Origin: a virus
Taxonomy: Duplodnaviria; Caudoviricetes
Strand: one strand, 5' to 3'
Length of the DNA: 57,047 bases
IMG/VR virus record: IMGVR_UViG_3300018080_000022
Location: 1-57,047 of that record
Shown here: positions 24,170-33,816 of the stretch, piece by piece
How positions within the stretch are numbered: position 1 is the stretch's first letter
Layout of the letters: every line of letters begins with the position of its first letter
Notes under the pieces: generated by a model
Database searches by the model: none
What the model was told of the DNA's origin: nothing
What the model saw: the letters and a program-made list of their open reading frames with translations, nothing else
Program-made: the position numbers and the translations under genes

Positions 24170-24793
24170 ATGACCAGGAGAGTTGCACCCGCGGCGGCGG
24201 GCGTACCGGCCCTTGAGCCGATAGCTCAGGAGCTTTACGACACGAAGGATTATCCCATCGCGGGAACCGGGACGCTGACGTTTTTCCAGAACCCGTCCGC
24301 GGTAGGGGAAATCGAGACCAACATGGTGGCTTCGGGACAGCTTCCGTATCCGCAGCAGTTTCATGCCTTCGGCATCTGCTTTGAGATATTCCCGAACTAC
24401 GACGAGGCCGCAGCAATCGGCACGGACGTCACCTGGGCCGTCGAGAAAGTCAAGCTTCGCGAGAAGTGTTTCGCGCGCCTGACAATCGGCTCCAAAGACT
24501 ACCTGACCCTTCCGGGAATCCACATTCCCGAGGGCGTCGGCCTGACCGGGGTAGCGGTCGGCGACAACGCCGGAAGCAACCAGGTCGTAGTCAATCACGG
24601 CTTCCAGGACATCAAGCACGGCTTCGAGCTGACCGTTCCCCAGCAGGGGAAAATCAAGCCCATCCACATCCCCGCGCAGCAGTCGTTCCGCGTGGAACTG
24701 AGATGGCCGATTCCGCTCGCGCTCACAAGCGTCCAGGAAGCCGTCAAAATCAGGATGTACCTGATTGGCGTGCTCTGGAGAGAAGTGCAGTAG
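24170..24793 (+). CDS. Candidate single-jelly-roll major capsid protein 2 (paralog of 23460-24080)
   Basis: Shared blocks MTRR.APA.AGVPALEP, GQLPYPQQFH, GKIKPIHIPAQQSF, LWREVQ; GGAGG RBS. Confidence 0.65.
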   Translation: MTRRVAPAAAGVPALEPIAQELYDTKDYPIAGTGTLTFFQNPSAVGEIETNMVASGQLPYPQQFHAFGICFEIFPNYDEAAAIGTDVTWAVEKVKLREKCFARLTIGSKDYLTLPGIHIPEGVGLTGVAVGDNAGSNQVVVNHGFQDIKHGFELTVPQQGKIKPIHIPAQQSFRVELRWPIPLALTSVQEAVKIRMYLIGVLWREVQ

Positions 24794-24956
24794 CAATAGC
24801 CGCGCAACTTCGGCTGTCTCACCGAAAAAGCGTGTCTTTTCTTCGCGGGGGCCGCTCCGTTGGAGCGGGGCGGCCCTTTGAAAAAACAACGAGACAAGCG
24901 ACGCTCCGGGTAGCAGGGGAGCGAATTATGTCAACCCTTTGTTAGGAGAAAGAGAC

Positions 24957-25724
24957 ATGGCAACAAGACTCGTGAAAACCCGAGACGGCAGAGTTATTAT
25001 GTATGGTTCGGTTCCGCATCCATTGCAGGGAATCGGCCAGCTTCCCGGCGAGCAGTATGCTTCGCCGTCGTCACCATCTCCGATATCCCCGGAGCTTTCC
25101 GCGCGCCTGCCTCAGAGCGTGCTTCAGCCCGTCCCGAGAAGCGCCGTTGACCCCAACAGGCGCGTCGAGTATCCGGTTCGCACCCGCGAAACGGAAGTCT
25201 ACCAGAGAAGTATGACGCCCGCGGAATACCTTCGCAAGAAGACCTTCGAGCGTCCGGGCTGGTATGCAATCCAAAGGCCGGTTCAGGAAACCGCGCCCTG
25301 GCAGAACTCCGTCCTCGTGGCCGGGCCTTCGGGCACGGCGGTCACCGGGACGTTCGAGATTACGAGTGAAGCCGATTTCGAAGCCGTGAAAATAATGCTT
25401 ACGGGAAGAAAGCTCGTAGACCAGGAATGGCTCGCGACCCGCAACTTCGCCGTGAACTTCAAAGACCTCGCAAGTGGCCGCGACCTCAACAACGTCCCCA
25501 TTTTCGGCGAGCACTTCGGGGGCGATGCCAACGAGCCGCTGATTTTCCCCGTGACCCTGTTTATAAACCGCAACTCGTCTGTGCAAGTCCAGTTCATCAA
25601 CCTTGAGCCGGTTGACACGGACATATACATCTACTTCTCGCTCCTGGGTATCAAGTACTACTACCGGGATGCGCTCAACCTGACCACGGGCATACCCGAG
25701 CAGGGCGAATACAAGAGCGTATAA
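24957..25724 (+). CDS. Candidate minor jelly-roll capsid protein
   Basis: Beta-rich C-terminal ~140 aa (I.SEADF...D..SGR.L...P...G....P...P......S.V.V...N...Y..L.G.K). Confidence 0.5.
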   Translation: MATRLVKTRDGRVIMYGSVPHPLQGIGQLPGEQYASPSSPSPISPELSARLPQSVLQPVPRSAVDPNRRVEYPVRTRETEVYQRSMTPAEYLRKKTFERPGWYAIQRPVQETAPWQNSVLVAGPSGTAVTGTFEITSEADFEAVKIMLTGRKLVDQEWLATRNFAVNFKDLASGRDLNNVPIFGEHFGGDANEPLIFPVTLFINRNSSVQVQFINLEPVDTDIYIYFSLLGIKYYYRDALNLTTGIPEQGEYKSV

Positions 25725-25748
25725 CAGTAGAGACAAAGGGGTGAGAAC

Positions 25749-26381
25749 ATGAACGAGCGAGAACTATACCACAAGCTCGCGGGCCTCGGCGACGTTCCCG
25801 AGGACAGGAATTGGTTTTGGCGCGAGGGTTTTCCCGAGCTTATGCGACTCAGCCTCGGTAGAGGCCACAAAAAAGACTGGCTCGGGAATGAAAAAGACAA
25901 CCTCGGGGCCATGATGCTCCGGCTTGCCGAAAACTACATCATGGCGCCGCAGAATGTCGTGCCCGCGTTTGCAGAGCCCCTGAAAATTACCACGCCTCCG
26001 GGCGACGGGCTCGAAATTCCGCCGAGTGGCGCTGCGCCTGGGCAGACATTTTATACCGGCGTAACATTTACGGTTCCCGAGAGCTCGGCGGCGATAATTA
26101 CCAACATTCACCAGGAGCTTGAAAGTCCGGGAGCTTACAACGATGTAAACATACGGCTATGGTACAGGGGCGGCCACAAGCAGTTCTGGAATCCGCGCAA
26201 GCCCGAGATAGACCCCGTGACTATCGTGGTTTTCGAAAAGGAAACCTTCGAGATTCAATGGGAGAACAACGGGCTCATAAGCCATTGGCTCAAGGCGGAG
26301 ATATTAGGTTATTGGTTCGGCGTTCCTAAGCCCGACAAGAGCCAGCGCGGGTTGACGGTGCCCACGCAATCACAAGGATAG
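25749..26381 (+). CDS. Beta-rich structural protein
   Basis: GLGD/NLGA leader, then alternating beta strands. Confidence 0.55.
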   Translation: MNERELYHKLAGLGDVPEDRNWFWREGFPELMRLSLGRGHKKDWLGNEKDNLGAMMLRLAENYIMAPQNVVPAFAEPLKITTPPGDGLEIPPSGAAPGQTFYTGVTFTVPESSAAIITNIHQELESPGAYNDVNIRLWYRGGHKQFWNPRKPEIDPVTIVVFEKETFEIQWENNGLISHWLKAEILGYWFGVPKPDKSQRGLTVPTQSQG

Positions 26382-26389
26382 GAGGGAGC

Positions 26390-27337
26390 ATGGGAACTGA
26401 GATAGTCAGAATACTGCCCGTGCAGGGAGTTTTCGTACCCCGAATTAGCCATGACTCCCAGGGAAACAGGGTGATTCCTCTTCTCGCGGGAGGGCAGAGC
26501 TACGACAGCGGGGTTTTTCAGGTTCGAGGCTATAACAAGCTCGACATCATCACGCGCTCCAACGTCAACGCAGATATCTTCGTATACATGGGGCCAGACC
26601 CCGTTGCGCTTGCGGCGATGGTTCCCGACGACAAGCGGGAGAAGGCGCGGTTTCCGTATGCCGAGCTCGCCATACCCAACGGCGACTTTCCGCCCGAGCA
26701 GTACAGCGTGCAGGTGAGCGGCGAATTCGCGCGTGTGGTGTATCGCAACAATACCATCGAGGCTCAGACGGTTTGGGATTACCAAATCAACCTCAAGCCC
26801 ATCGGCGAAGGACAATGTTTCCGGCAGTTCAATGAAGAGGATACCAACCCGCTTCAATTCCCGATATACCGATATCTTACCATGACGCCGGACTACCGGC
26901 TTCGCGTGGAAGTGGCGAGCGGCGGCAGTTCAGACCCGGTGAGCGTCCGCGGCGAGCAGGAAGTAGCCGTATGGGCGGCGAACAACGCGAGCCCTCTCGT
27001 GGGCAATTCGATTCCGGCCAACCCGGACGACGGCAGGTTCGCGATAGCATCCGCCGCGCTCCCGAGTATGGCTGGCTCGATTAAAGAATTTACCATATAC
27101 GCCGAAATACTACCCGGCCCTTCGGGCGCGGGCGCGGGTCATATAATAATCGAGGCCGAGTCCGCCGAAGGCGTCGCCCCGTGGGTCGAGTTCGACAGGC
27201 TTCCGGTCGCTTCCGGGCAAAGGATACTGAGGACATACAAGCTTCAGGCGCAATCCTATCGCGTTTATTTCCTCAACACGGGAGCCGCCCAGGTAACGGG
27301 GTTTTATGGTAATGTTTACATAAAACCGCAGACGTAA
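26390..27337 (+). CDS. Two-domain beta-sandwich protein (vertex/spike candidate)
   Basis: Two similar beta-rich halves (FARVVYRN and SYRVYFLN). Confidence 0.55.
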   Translation: MGTEIVRILPVQGVFVPRISHDSQGNRVIPLLAGGQSYDSGVFQVRGYNKLDIITRSNVNADIFVYMGPDPVALAAMVPDDKREKARFPYAELAIPNGDFPPEQYSVQVSGEFARVVYRNNTIEAQTVWDYQINLKPIGEGQCFRQFNEEDTNPLQFPIYRYLTMTPDYRLRVEVASGGSSDPVSVRGEQEVAVWAANNASPLVGNSIPANPDDGRFAIASAALPSMAGSIKEFTIYAEILPGPSGAGAGHIIIEAESAEGVAPWVEFDRLPVASGQRILRTYKLQAQSYRVYFLNTGAAQVTGFYGNVYIKPQT

Positions 27338-27347
27338 GGAGATTCAT

Positions 27348-27689
27348 ATGGGTGAGGAAATTATCGGCAGCGACAGCCTGAACATTATAGCCAACAATCA
27401 AGCCCTCGCAGGCGGCGGCAACATAGCTGGCGCGGTCGAAAACCTGCGAAACCACGCCTTTTACGGCGTATCGGTTTTCAGCACGCAGGCGGGCACGCTG
27501 AGCATCCAGTATCGCATGGCAGGCGGCGTCTTAAGGCACATAAACGGCTCGCCATTCGTGATAGCGGCGAATTCCGCCTTCGACAGGGTGTTTCGCAAGA
27601 CGCGCGAAGAATACCAGGTAACATATACCGATACGTCGCTCGTGGCGAGCAATGTCGATATCGAGACGCTTAGAACAAACGTGAACTAA
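27348..27689 (+). CDS. Small beta-sandwich structural protein
   Basis: AAGGAG RBS; YQVTYTD strand like the preceding gene. Confidence 0.55.
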   Translation: MGEEIIGSDSLNIIANNQALAGGGNIAGAVENLRNHAFYGVSVFSTQAGTLSIQYRMAGGVLRHINGSPFVIAANSAFDRVFRKTREEYQVTYTDTSLVASNVDIETLRTNVN

Positions 27690-27699
27690 GGAGAACATA

Positions 27700-28041
27700 A
27701 TGGCCAAAACCGCTTTAGAATGGGTCGAGCGGGTTTTCAAGCCCGTCATACGAGATGGCAGGATAATCATCGCCGAGGGCAAAAGAAAAATCAAGGTCGG
27801 CGGCAGGGTAGAGGAGCGCCCGACCGGGGCCGGTATTTTTGTGGAGGTTGACACGTTCGCATATATCTTCAAGGAAGAAATTCTTGCTGGCGGCGAGGAT
27901 GCCGAGATAGCCGCACGGATAGCGACCAAGAAGGTCAAGCGGGCCGTCGTCAACCCCGAGACGGGCGAGCAGGAAGACAAAGAGTTCGATGTCGGCTACG
28001 GCGATTTTATTGAAAAGATGACGGAGAAAGGGCTGTTTTAA
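27700..28041 (+). CDS. Hypothetical protein
   Basis: AAGGAG RBS. Confidence 0.6.
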   Translation: MAKTALEWVERVFKPVIRDGRIIIAEGKRKIKVGGRVEERPTGAGIFVEVDTFAYIFKEEILAGGEDAEIAARIATKKVKRAVVNPETGEQEDKEFDVGYGDFIEKMTEKGLF

Positions 28042-28661
28042 TGGGGCCTCGCGTCTACCCGAACAACATAGAAGTCGAGGTAAACGCCGTACCGATAGCG
28101 ATTAGGCCAGCGTTCAACCTCATCGCCGGTGCCGGGATTGCGCTCGCGGGCGTTGACAACCCCGGCGCGGACAGGGTAGACGTTACGGTGAGCACCATCG
28201 CGGGCTCCGTCCGAGACATCTTCATAGCGGCGACCGACTACAATTCGAGCAACCCATCGCCTTACCGCAGCCGCAACGTCGGCGGCACGGGAGCTCATGA
28301 CTTCACTTTCTACGTGCCGACCGACTTCCAGATAGCCAACCTCGTTGCCCTTGAACTTATCTATTTTAATGCGGGGGCCAATGTCGGCGTGACGGTTCAG
28401 ATAGACTTTGCGAGCGAATATTGCCTTAACGGGCAGGCGAAGAACTTCAACTTCGTCAACAATCCCGACCCCGCGGGCGCGGTGGGTTCGTACCTTGTAG
28501 GTGCGGTAAATGTGAGGAGCTTCTTCGACCTAACCAATCTCGCGGGTACGAACATGTATCCTAACCTCGCGGCGGGGCACCTATGCGGCTTGAATATAAA
28601 TCACAGGGGAATAGGCGGCGCTATCAATTACGAAGGCATTCGCCTCGCTTACACGGTGTGA
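28041..28661 (+). CDS. Beta-rich structural/spike protein
   Basis: Gly/Asn-rich beta pattern; coupled start. Confidence 0.55.
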   Translation: MGPRVYPNNIEVEVNAVPIAIRPAFNLIAGAGIALAGVDNPGADRVDVTVSTIAGSVRDIFIAATDYNSSNPSPYRSRNVGGTGAHDFTFYVPTDFQIANLVALELIYFNAGANVGVTVQIDFASEYCLNGQAKNFNFVNNPDPAGAVGSYLVGAVNVRSFFDLTNLAGTNMYPNLAAGHLCGLNINHRGIGGAINYEGIRLAYTV

Positions 28662-28662
28662 C

Positions 28663-28908
28663 ATGGAATACCAATATGAAAGAGAGCTAATCGACGGGGT
28701 TTACAACCTCCCCAATCCGTATCGTGATATCGACCCGGCGACGGGTAACCCTATTCTACCGTGCAAGGATATCTATGACGCGATTGGCATAATTGTAATG
28801 ATAGAAGGTTGCTCAAGTGATTTCTGCGTGACGACGCCCGTCGAGCTCGACGCGGGCCAGAAGGCGGCGATGGACACGGCGATAGCGAATCATAAAAACA
28901 ACTTATAG
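28663..28908 (+). CDS. Hypothetical protein
   Basis: Fits the operon. Confidence 0.55.
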   Translation: MEYQYERELIDGVYNLPNPYRDIDPATGNPILPCKDIYDAIGIIVMIEGCSSDFCVTTPVELDAGQKAAMDTAIANHKNNL

Positions 28909-28915
28909 GTGAGAC

Positions 28916-29305
28916 ATGGCAGCACAAGTATACCCGCCCGGCTTCGAAGAAATGCAGTATATATTCACCATTCCAGGCGATTTGGTCGTCGGCGACGACC
29001 TGACGTTGTGGCTCCCCGTGGGCCAGGAAGTCCAGGCGTTTGAAGCGCTCGCAGTTATAAAGACCGTTCCGACCGGGGCGGCGGTAACGATTGAGATAGA
29101 GAAGTCGAGCAACTTCGGCGGCGCGTGGACTACTGTAGTTTCATCGGCAGACCTGCAAATCGCAGCCGCGGCGCAGTCGGGGGTTAAAACCGGCCTCGCC
29201 GTAAAGCTTCTTAAGAATGACGTGCTTCGAATAAACATAGACCAGATAGGCAGCGGCGTAGCAGGCGCGGATTTAACGGTTGGGTTGAGAGTAAACAATG
29301 GCTAA
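28916..29305 (+). CDS. Beta-sandwich spike-associated domain protein
   Basis: PTGA...I.I......D.L.I.IDQIGS..AGADL.V pattern seen in viral structural proteins. Confidence 0.55.
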   Translation: MAAQVYPPGFEEMQYIFTIPGDLVVGDDLTLWLPVGQEVQAFEALAVIKTVPTGAAVTIEIEKSSNFGGAWTTVVSSADLQIAAAAQSGVKTGLAVKLLKNDVLRINIDQIGSGVAGADLTVGLRVNNG

Positions 29306-29711
29306 GTACATTTTTATAGCGATGGTCAAGGACAACGGCAATTACAAGGCCGGTGATGTCGTTTCCATCCGCGAGCCGGGTTCGAAGGTGACCGCCCTTG
29401 AAAGGAAGCTTTTTATATGTACGGAAGTGGAGTTGACAAAAACGGAAGCCCAAACCTTTATAGCCAAACTTCGACCGCAGGCAAATTATTCTCACAAAAC
29501 AGAGCCGATTCCCCCCGTTACCGCCGACTTGGCAGTAGCTCAAAAATGGTGCGACGATGTTGAAGCGGGGCGGGCGAAGCTTCCCGTGAATGGCGTTCAA
29601 ACCAATTTAAGCAACATTGAGATAGTTGCGAGACTGTCCGACTTGCAGGATGAGAAGAAGGAAGTCCCGGTTTTTACCGTAGACAAAACGACTATAAGCT
29701 TGAAGGTGTAG
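29298..29711 (+). CDS. Hypothetical protein
   Basis: Fits the operon. Confidence 0.55.
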   Translation: MAKYIFIAMVKDNGNYKAGDVVSIREPGSKVTALERKLFICTEVELTKTEAQTFIAKLRPQANYSHKTEPIPPVTADLAVAQKWCDDVEAGRAKLPVNGVQTNLSNIEIVARLSDLQDEKKEVPVFTVDKTTISLKV

Positions 29712-29713
29712 CG

Positions 29714-30694
29714 ATGGCGACGTATTATATGCCCGACGATTTTGCCGATATAGCGACATTTATTGCCGCAGCGGTGTCGGGCGCAGACAAGCTTATTGTT
29801 CGCGACGGCACGTGGACGGGGGCCAATAACCGTGGGCTTTCTCCCGGCAAAAATGTTGTTATCGAGAGCGAGAATGGATGGGTTAATTGCATACTCGACG
29901 CTGAAAATCTCGACCGCCACTTCGTTTTTTCGGCTGGCGAATCCACGGCGTTTGTAGTAGATGGATTCCAGATTATAAACGGCAATCCGGGCGGAACTAG
30001 CTTCGGAGGCTCGATTGTCGTTACAAACGGCGCACCCAAATTCCAGAATATAGTCTTTTTCGACAACTCGACGAACGGAAATCATGGCGGTTGTATCTTT
30101 TGTTCGGGCGGCAGCGCAGACCCGTCATTCTGGAATTGCCTGTTTTTTAACAATGTTGCAGGCGGCGGTGGAAAAGGCGGTTGCTGCTATGCGTATAATG
30201 CCGGGTGCAATCCCGGCTTTGCAAGTTGCACGATAACCGCAAATTCGGCTCCGGGCGGAAATGGCGGAGGACTTGCCGGTGATTCGTGGGGCGGTGCTTA
30301 TATCTACAACACCATTCTTTGGGGGAATACGGCAGGCACATCAGCCCCGAACTTCTATCTCGGCTCAAGTCCCGTTGGCCGCGCCTACAACTCCTGTTAT
30401 GACCTGGTTGGAATGATAGGTAACTTTATAAGCAATACCGCGTGCGTTTTTACAGACCCGCTCTTGGTCGCCGGGGGCTTGGGCAATTATTATCTAAGCC
30501 ATATCGCGGCGGGCCAGGGCGCGGACAGCCCTTGCATCGACGCGGGCAACCCCGCTTACGCATTGGCGGATTGGAACACCTTAACGACGAGGACGGATGA
30601 CGCTTTGGATGTCGCCCCGGTTGACATAGGCTTTCATTGGCCGCTGAGCGGCTCCGGAGTCGCCAATACTATGATGATGCAGATGGTGCCTTAG
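29714..30694 (+). CDS. Right-handed beta-helix (pectin-lyase-like) protein, probable receptor-binding spike
   Basis: Repeated F..N....GG.I coils, NTILWGN, DPL.V and SPCIDAG motifs. Confidence 0.75.
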   Translation: MATYYMPDDFADIATFIAAAVSGADKLIVRDGTWTGANNRGLSPGKNVVIESENGWVNCILDAENLDRHFVFSAGESTAFVVDGFQIINGNPGGTSFGGSIVVTNGAPKFQNIVFFDNSTNGNHGGCIFCSGGSADPSFWNCLFFNNVAGGGGKGGCCYAYNAGCNPGFASCTITANSAPGGNGGGLAGDSWGGAYIYNTILWGNTAGTSAPNFYLGSSPVGRAYNSCYDLVGMIGNFISNTACVFTDPLLVAGGLGNYYLSHIAAGQGADSPCIDAGNPAYALADWNTLTTRTDDALDVAPVDIGFHWPLSGSGVANTMMMQMVP

Positions 30695-30710
30695 CAACAA
30701 GGAGAGTAGA

Positions 30711-30992
30711 GTGGAAGAGGTACAGAAAAACGGAAAAGTGGTGAGCCTGTCATTGTCGGTGGTGGTTATACTGATAACGGCCTTCGCGACATTGCTAACC
30801 TCCTCGCTCCTGGCCTACAGCGACGCTTGCGCCGACATCCGGGCCAACAGCGAGAACATAAAGTCGATAAAAGAGCAGATGACCGCGCAGTTACGCAACA
30901 TCGACGGCAAGATAGACCTCGTGCGCGAGGATGTGAAGTCATTAAATGACAAGCTCGATAGAATCTGGCCGTGGTCTCTCAAGGAGAAATAA
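30711..30992 (+). CDS. TM plus coiled-coil protein (holin-like)
   Basis: N-terminal TM then heptad repeats. Confidence 0.5.
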   Translation: MEEVQKNGKVVSLSLSVVVILITAFATLLTSSLLAYSDACADIRANSENIKSIKEQMTAQLRNIDGKIDLVREDVKSLNDKLDRIWPWSLKEK

Positions 30993-31217
30993 ATGCCAGA
31001 GCAGGAAGGCTACAAAGCGGTATTAAAGGCCAACAACCTGAAAGGTGCGCTGGTCTCTGTCCGCGAAGCCTCTGAGCATCTGGAAAGGGCGGTCGCTCCC
31101 GCCCTTCATAAAAAATGTAAGGAGCTCATCGCAGATATAAAGCAACATGCCTTCGACGAGCTCCACCGCGAATACCCGGAACTATGGAAAGGATTTAGTG
31201 ATGAAGTGGTTGACTGA
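30993..31217 (+). CDS. Hypothetical protein
   Basis: AGGAG RBS. Confidence 0.55.
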   Translation: MPEQEGYKAVLKANNLKGALVSVREASEHLERAVAPALHKKCKELIADIKQHAFDELHREYPELWKGFSDEVVD

Positions 31218-31536
31218 AAATTACATGGTAGTCGTGTTTCTCGTGACAACGCTTATCTCCGTCATTACCGCGCTTCTCAAGCACATGGGCAAGAAGAACG
31301 CCGCTGAGGCGCTTGAGAAGGTCAAGGACATGCTGCATCAAACCTTCGGCAATGTCGAGGCTTTGAAGGTGCAATGGAAGAAGAGCGGCATGGAGGACAA
31401 ATACGGGCACATAGGCGAAATCTTCGCGTCGATAAACAGCGAAGCGCAGCTTGAAGATATTCTTAAAGTCGCGTATACTGAGTGGCAGAAGGAGCGCGAG
31501 AAGAACTGGAGGCCGGTTAAAATCGAGGAAAAATGA
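31201..31536 (+). CDS. N-terminal TM protein (lysis-module candidate)
   Basis: MKWLTENY followed by a hydrophobic helix. Confidence 0.55.
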   Translation: MKWLTENYMVVVFLVTTLISVITALLKHMGKKNAAEALEKVKDMLHQTFGNVEALKVQWKKSGMEDKYGHIGEIFASINSEAQLEDILKVAYTEWQKEREKNWRPVKIEEK

Positions 31537-31578
31537 AAATATACTTTGACAGCGAAACAGGTTTCAAGGAGGTTAAGT

Positions 31579-31875
31579 ATGAAGAGGCTTTGCTTGATAG
31601 CGATATTGGCGGTTATCTGCACGGGCTGCATCCCGCTGATGCACAAGACGGTGGCGGAGCAAACGGTGAGGATGGACAAGAACCTTCACGAGCTCCTTCC
31701 CGATTATCGCCTCGTGCTGAATGACGAGCTCGCGGCGGTGAAAGGCATGGATGACGGCGAGGAGAAGACGAAGCTTCTCGAAGATATCAGCCATGACCTT
31801 CTCCTTCTCGATGCCACGCTGATGCTCAGCGAGGACATGCGAAAGACCGCGGACGTGACGCTGGAAGGAAAATGA
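31579..31875 (+). CDS. Lipoprotein
   Basis: MKRLCLIAILAVICTG-C lipobox-like signal; AGGAGG RBS. Confidence 0.7.
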   Translation: MKRLCLIAILAVICTGCIPLMHKTVAEQTVRMDKNLHELLPDYRLVLNDELAAVKGMDDGEEKTKLLEDISHDLLLLDATLMLSEDMRKTADVTLEGK

Positions 31876-33803
31876 AAAAAGCTCCGAAAGTAAGGATAGA
31901 ATACTACAACGAGTATACCCGCAAAATGAAGTACTCGATAGGGGACTATCGCTATGAGGCGACCGGCATACCAGTCGAATTTTTCAAGCACGTTCGTTAC
32001 CAGATAGATAAGAAGCGATTTGGCCGCGCCATCAAGCTCCTCGACGGCATACCCGGGGAGATGAAGAAACGCATTAACGCGGAGGAAAACATGAAAAACT
32101 TAGTCCAGCGGGCGACGGCCCATGCGATAAACGAATACGGCGAGAGATGCAAGCCCAAGAAGGCATCGAGGAAAAAGAATCCCGCAGGAAACCTCACCAA
32201 AGAACAAGAAAAATTTCTCAACATGAATTGGCAGGCAATCAGAAAGCACATCGACGGCCTGCAATACAGCGTACATATTACCCGCAAGCCAGAATGGACA
32301 TCCGACCATAGCGGCAAGGTTGAGGTAAAAATAATCGACAAGGAAACGGGCGAGGAGTACCCGAGAGAAGCCGATATAATGGTTACCGGGGGCGGCTTCA
32401 GGGTGCATGTCACGTTTATGGGCAAGCTCTACGAAATACATGAAATAGCGGCCCTGATAAACCCTTTTCACAAAGTGCCCAAACACGAAAGACACGTAAG
32501 AAACCCCCTCAACCGGCGCGAATGGAACTCGCGGATAAACAAGGTTCAAGCCTACATTGAAAAAGCGCGCGGATATCTCGCCAGCGACCCTCACAAGGCC
32601 GAGGAGGAAGCTTATCAAGCGCTCGGACTCCTCGAAGGCATCGAACAAGAGGGCAAGTCAATTATAGGCGCTTCGCGTGAGAAACGCGAAATCGTCATAA
32701 AGCTCCGCGCCATGCTCAATCAGATAATCGGGTACGCCGACAAAAGCCAGGGCAGGGGAGTCCCGAATCCGCTTACCCAAAGCGAATATGATGCTCTTCT
32801 TGCCAAGATTTACCATTCCGTTGACTTGGCCGAAAAGGAAGTGGGATGGGGTAATATCAGAGATGCAGTCGAGCGCATTAACCGTGCTGATGGATTGATG
32901 GATGCCGCCTTCGGGGCACCATTGGTTAAGGGCGTCAAGCTGAAAAAGAAATATAGCGGCTTAAATGCCAGGTTGAGAGATTTACAGCAGAAGGTGCGAA
33001 GGTACATCCCTAAAACCGCCCCAAATCCGGGAGAGGAATCATTCGAAGAAAAAATGGAAAGACTTGCGCAACATATAGGCATAGATAAGTTGCGTAAAAT
33101 CATTCCCGTCAAAAAAGAAAGAATAGCTGCGGCCCTTGCGGCTGGAGATGAACATCTGAACTCCATACCGCTTTATTTGTGGGACATAGCGGCGGGCAGA
33201 TTGGTAACGAGCAGATATGCAACGGGCAAACCAAGGTTCGGAAGCAAAGTCAAAGTAGGTTTTGAGGAGCCCTGGGGCAAGAAAGCAAGAGGGCTGTCGC
33301 TCTCCGAAAGAGTTTGTATTCTGAAGCATGTGGCCAAATATCATTTAGGAAAACAAGCCCCGAATCCGGGAGGGACGGAATCGAAGCCATTAAAGGTGAA
33401 GGGTGCTCCCAATTTAAGAATTAGCTATGAATTCCTCGGGTACGACAGCCCGCAATGGCAAACGAGACAAGGCTGGATGCATCCTCATTACCGTATAATC
33501 GTCCATCACAAGCGCAAGAAAGAAGCCTTCGATTATTGGGGCAGCTACCGCGACTACCAGGAAGGCAAGACGACGCTCGACCGTATCGAGCTCATCGAAG
33601 CGTTTATCATGGTTATCGAAACCGTCGTATACGGCAGGATGACCTTGCGCGACTTCACGCTTGAGTTCGGGTACGCCTCCGCCGACGCCGCGAAAATGCC
33701 GTGGCACGCCTCCAAGTTATACGGAAAGAAATGGAGTAAATTGGGGTATCGCAAGAACCTCTACAATCTTATTAACAATGTCAGGGAAGCTTACGACCTT
33801 TAG
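31872..33803 (+). CDS. Multi-domain NP-punctuated protein (643 aa)
   Basis: Six NP motifs separate 50-150-aa modules. Confidence 0.8.
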   Translation: MKKAPKVRIEYYNEYTRKMKYSIGDYRYEATGIPVEFFKHVRYQIDKKRFGRAIKLLDGIPGEMKKRINAEENMKNLVQRATAHAINEYGERCKPKKASRKKNPAGNLTKEQEKFLNMNWQAIRKHIDGLQYSVHITRKPEWTSDHSGKVEVKIIDKETGEEYPREADIMVTGGGFRVHVTFMGKLYEIHEIAALINPFHKVPKHERHVRNPLNRREWNSRINKVQAYIEKARGYLASDPHKAEEEAYQALGLLEGIEQEGKSIIGASREKREIVIKLRAMLNQIIGYADKSQGRGVPNPLTQSEYDALLAKIYHSVDLAEKEVGWGNIRDAVERINRADGLMDAAFGAPLVKGVKLKKKYSGLNARLRDLQQKVRRYIPKTAPNPGEESFEEKMERLAQHIGIDKLRKIIPVKKERIAAALAAGDEHLNSIPLYLWDIAAGRLVTSRYATGKPRFGSKVKVGFEEPWGKKARGLSLSERVCILKHVAKYHLGKQAPNPGGTESKPLKVKGAPNLRISYEFLGYDSPQWQTRQGWMHPHYRIIVHHKRKKEAFDYWGSYRDYQEGKTTLDRIELIEAFIMVIETVVYGRMTLRDFTLEFGYASADAAKMPWHASKLYGKKWSKLGYRKNLYNLINNVREAYDL

Positions 33804-33816
33804 AAAGGAGTCGGTT

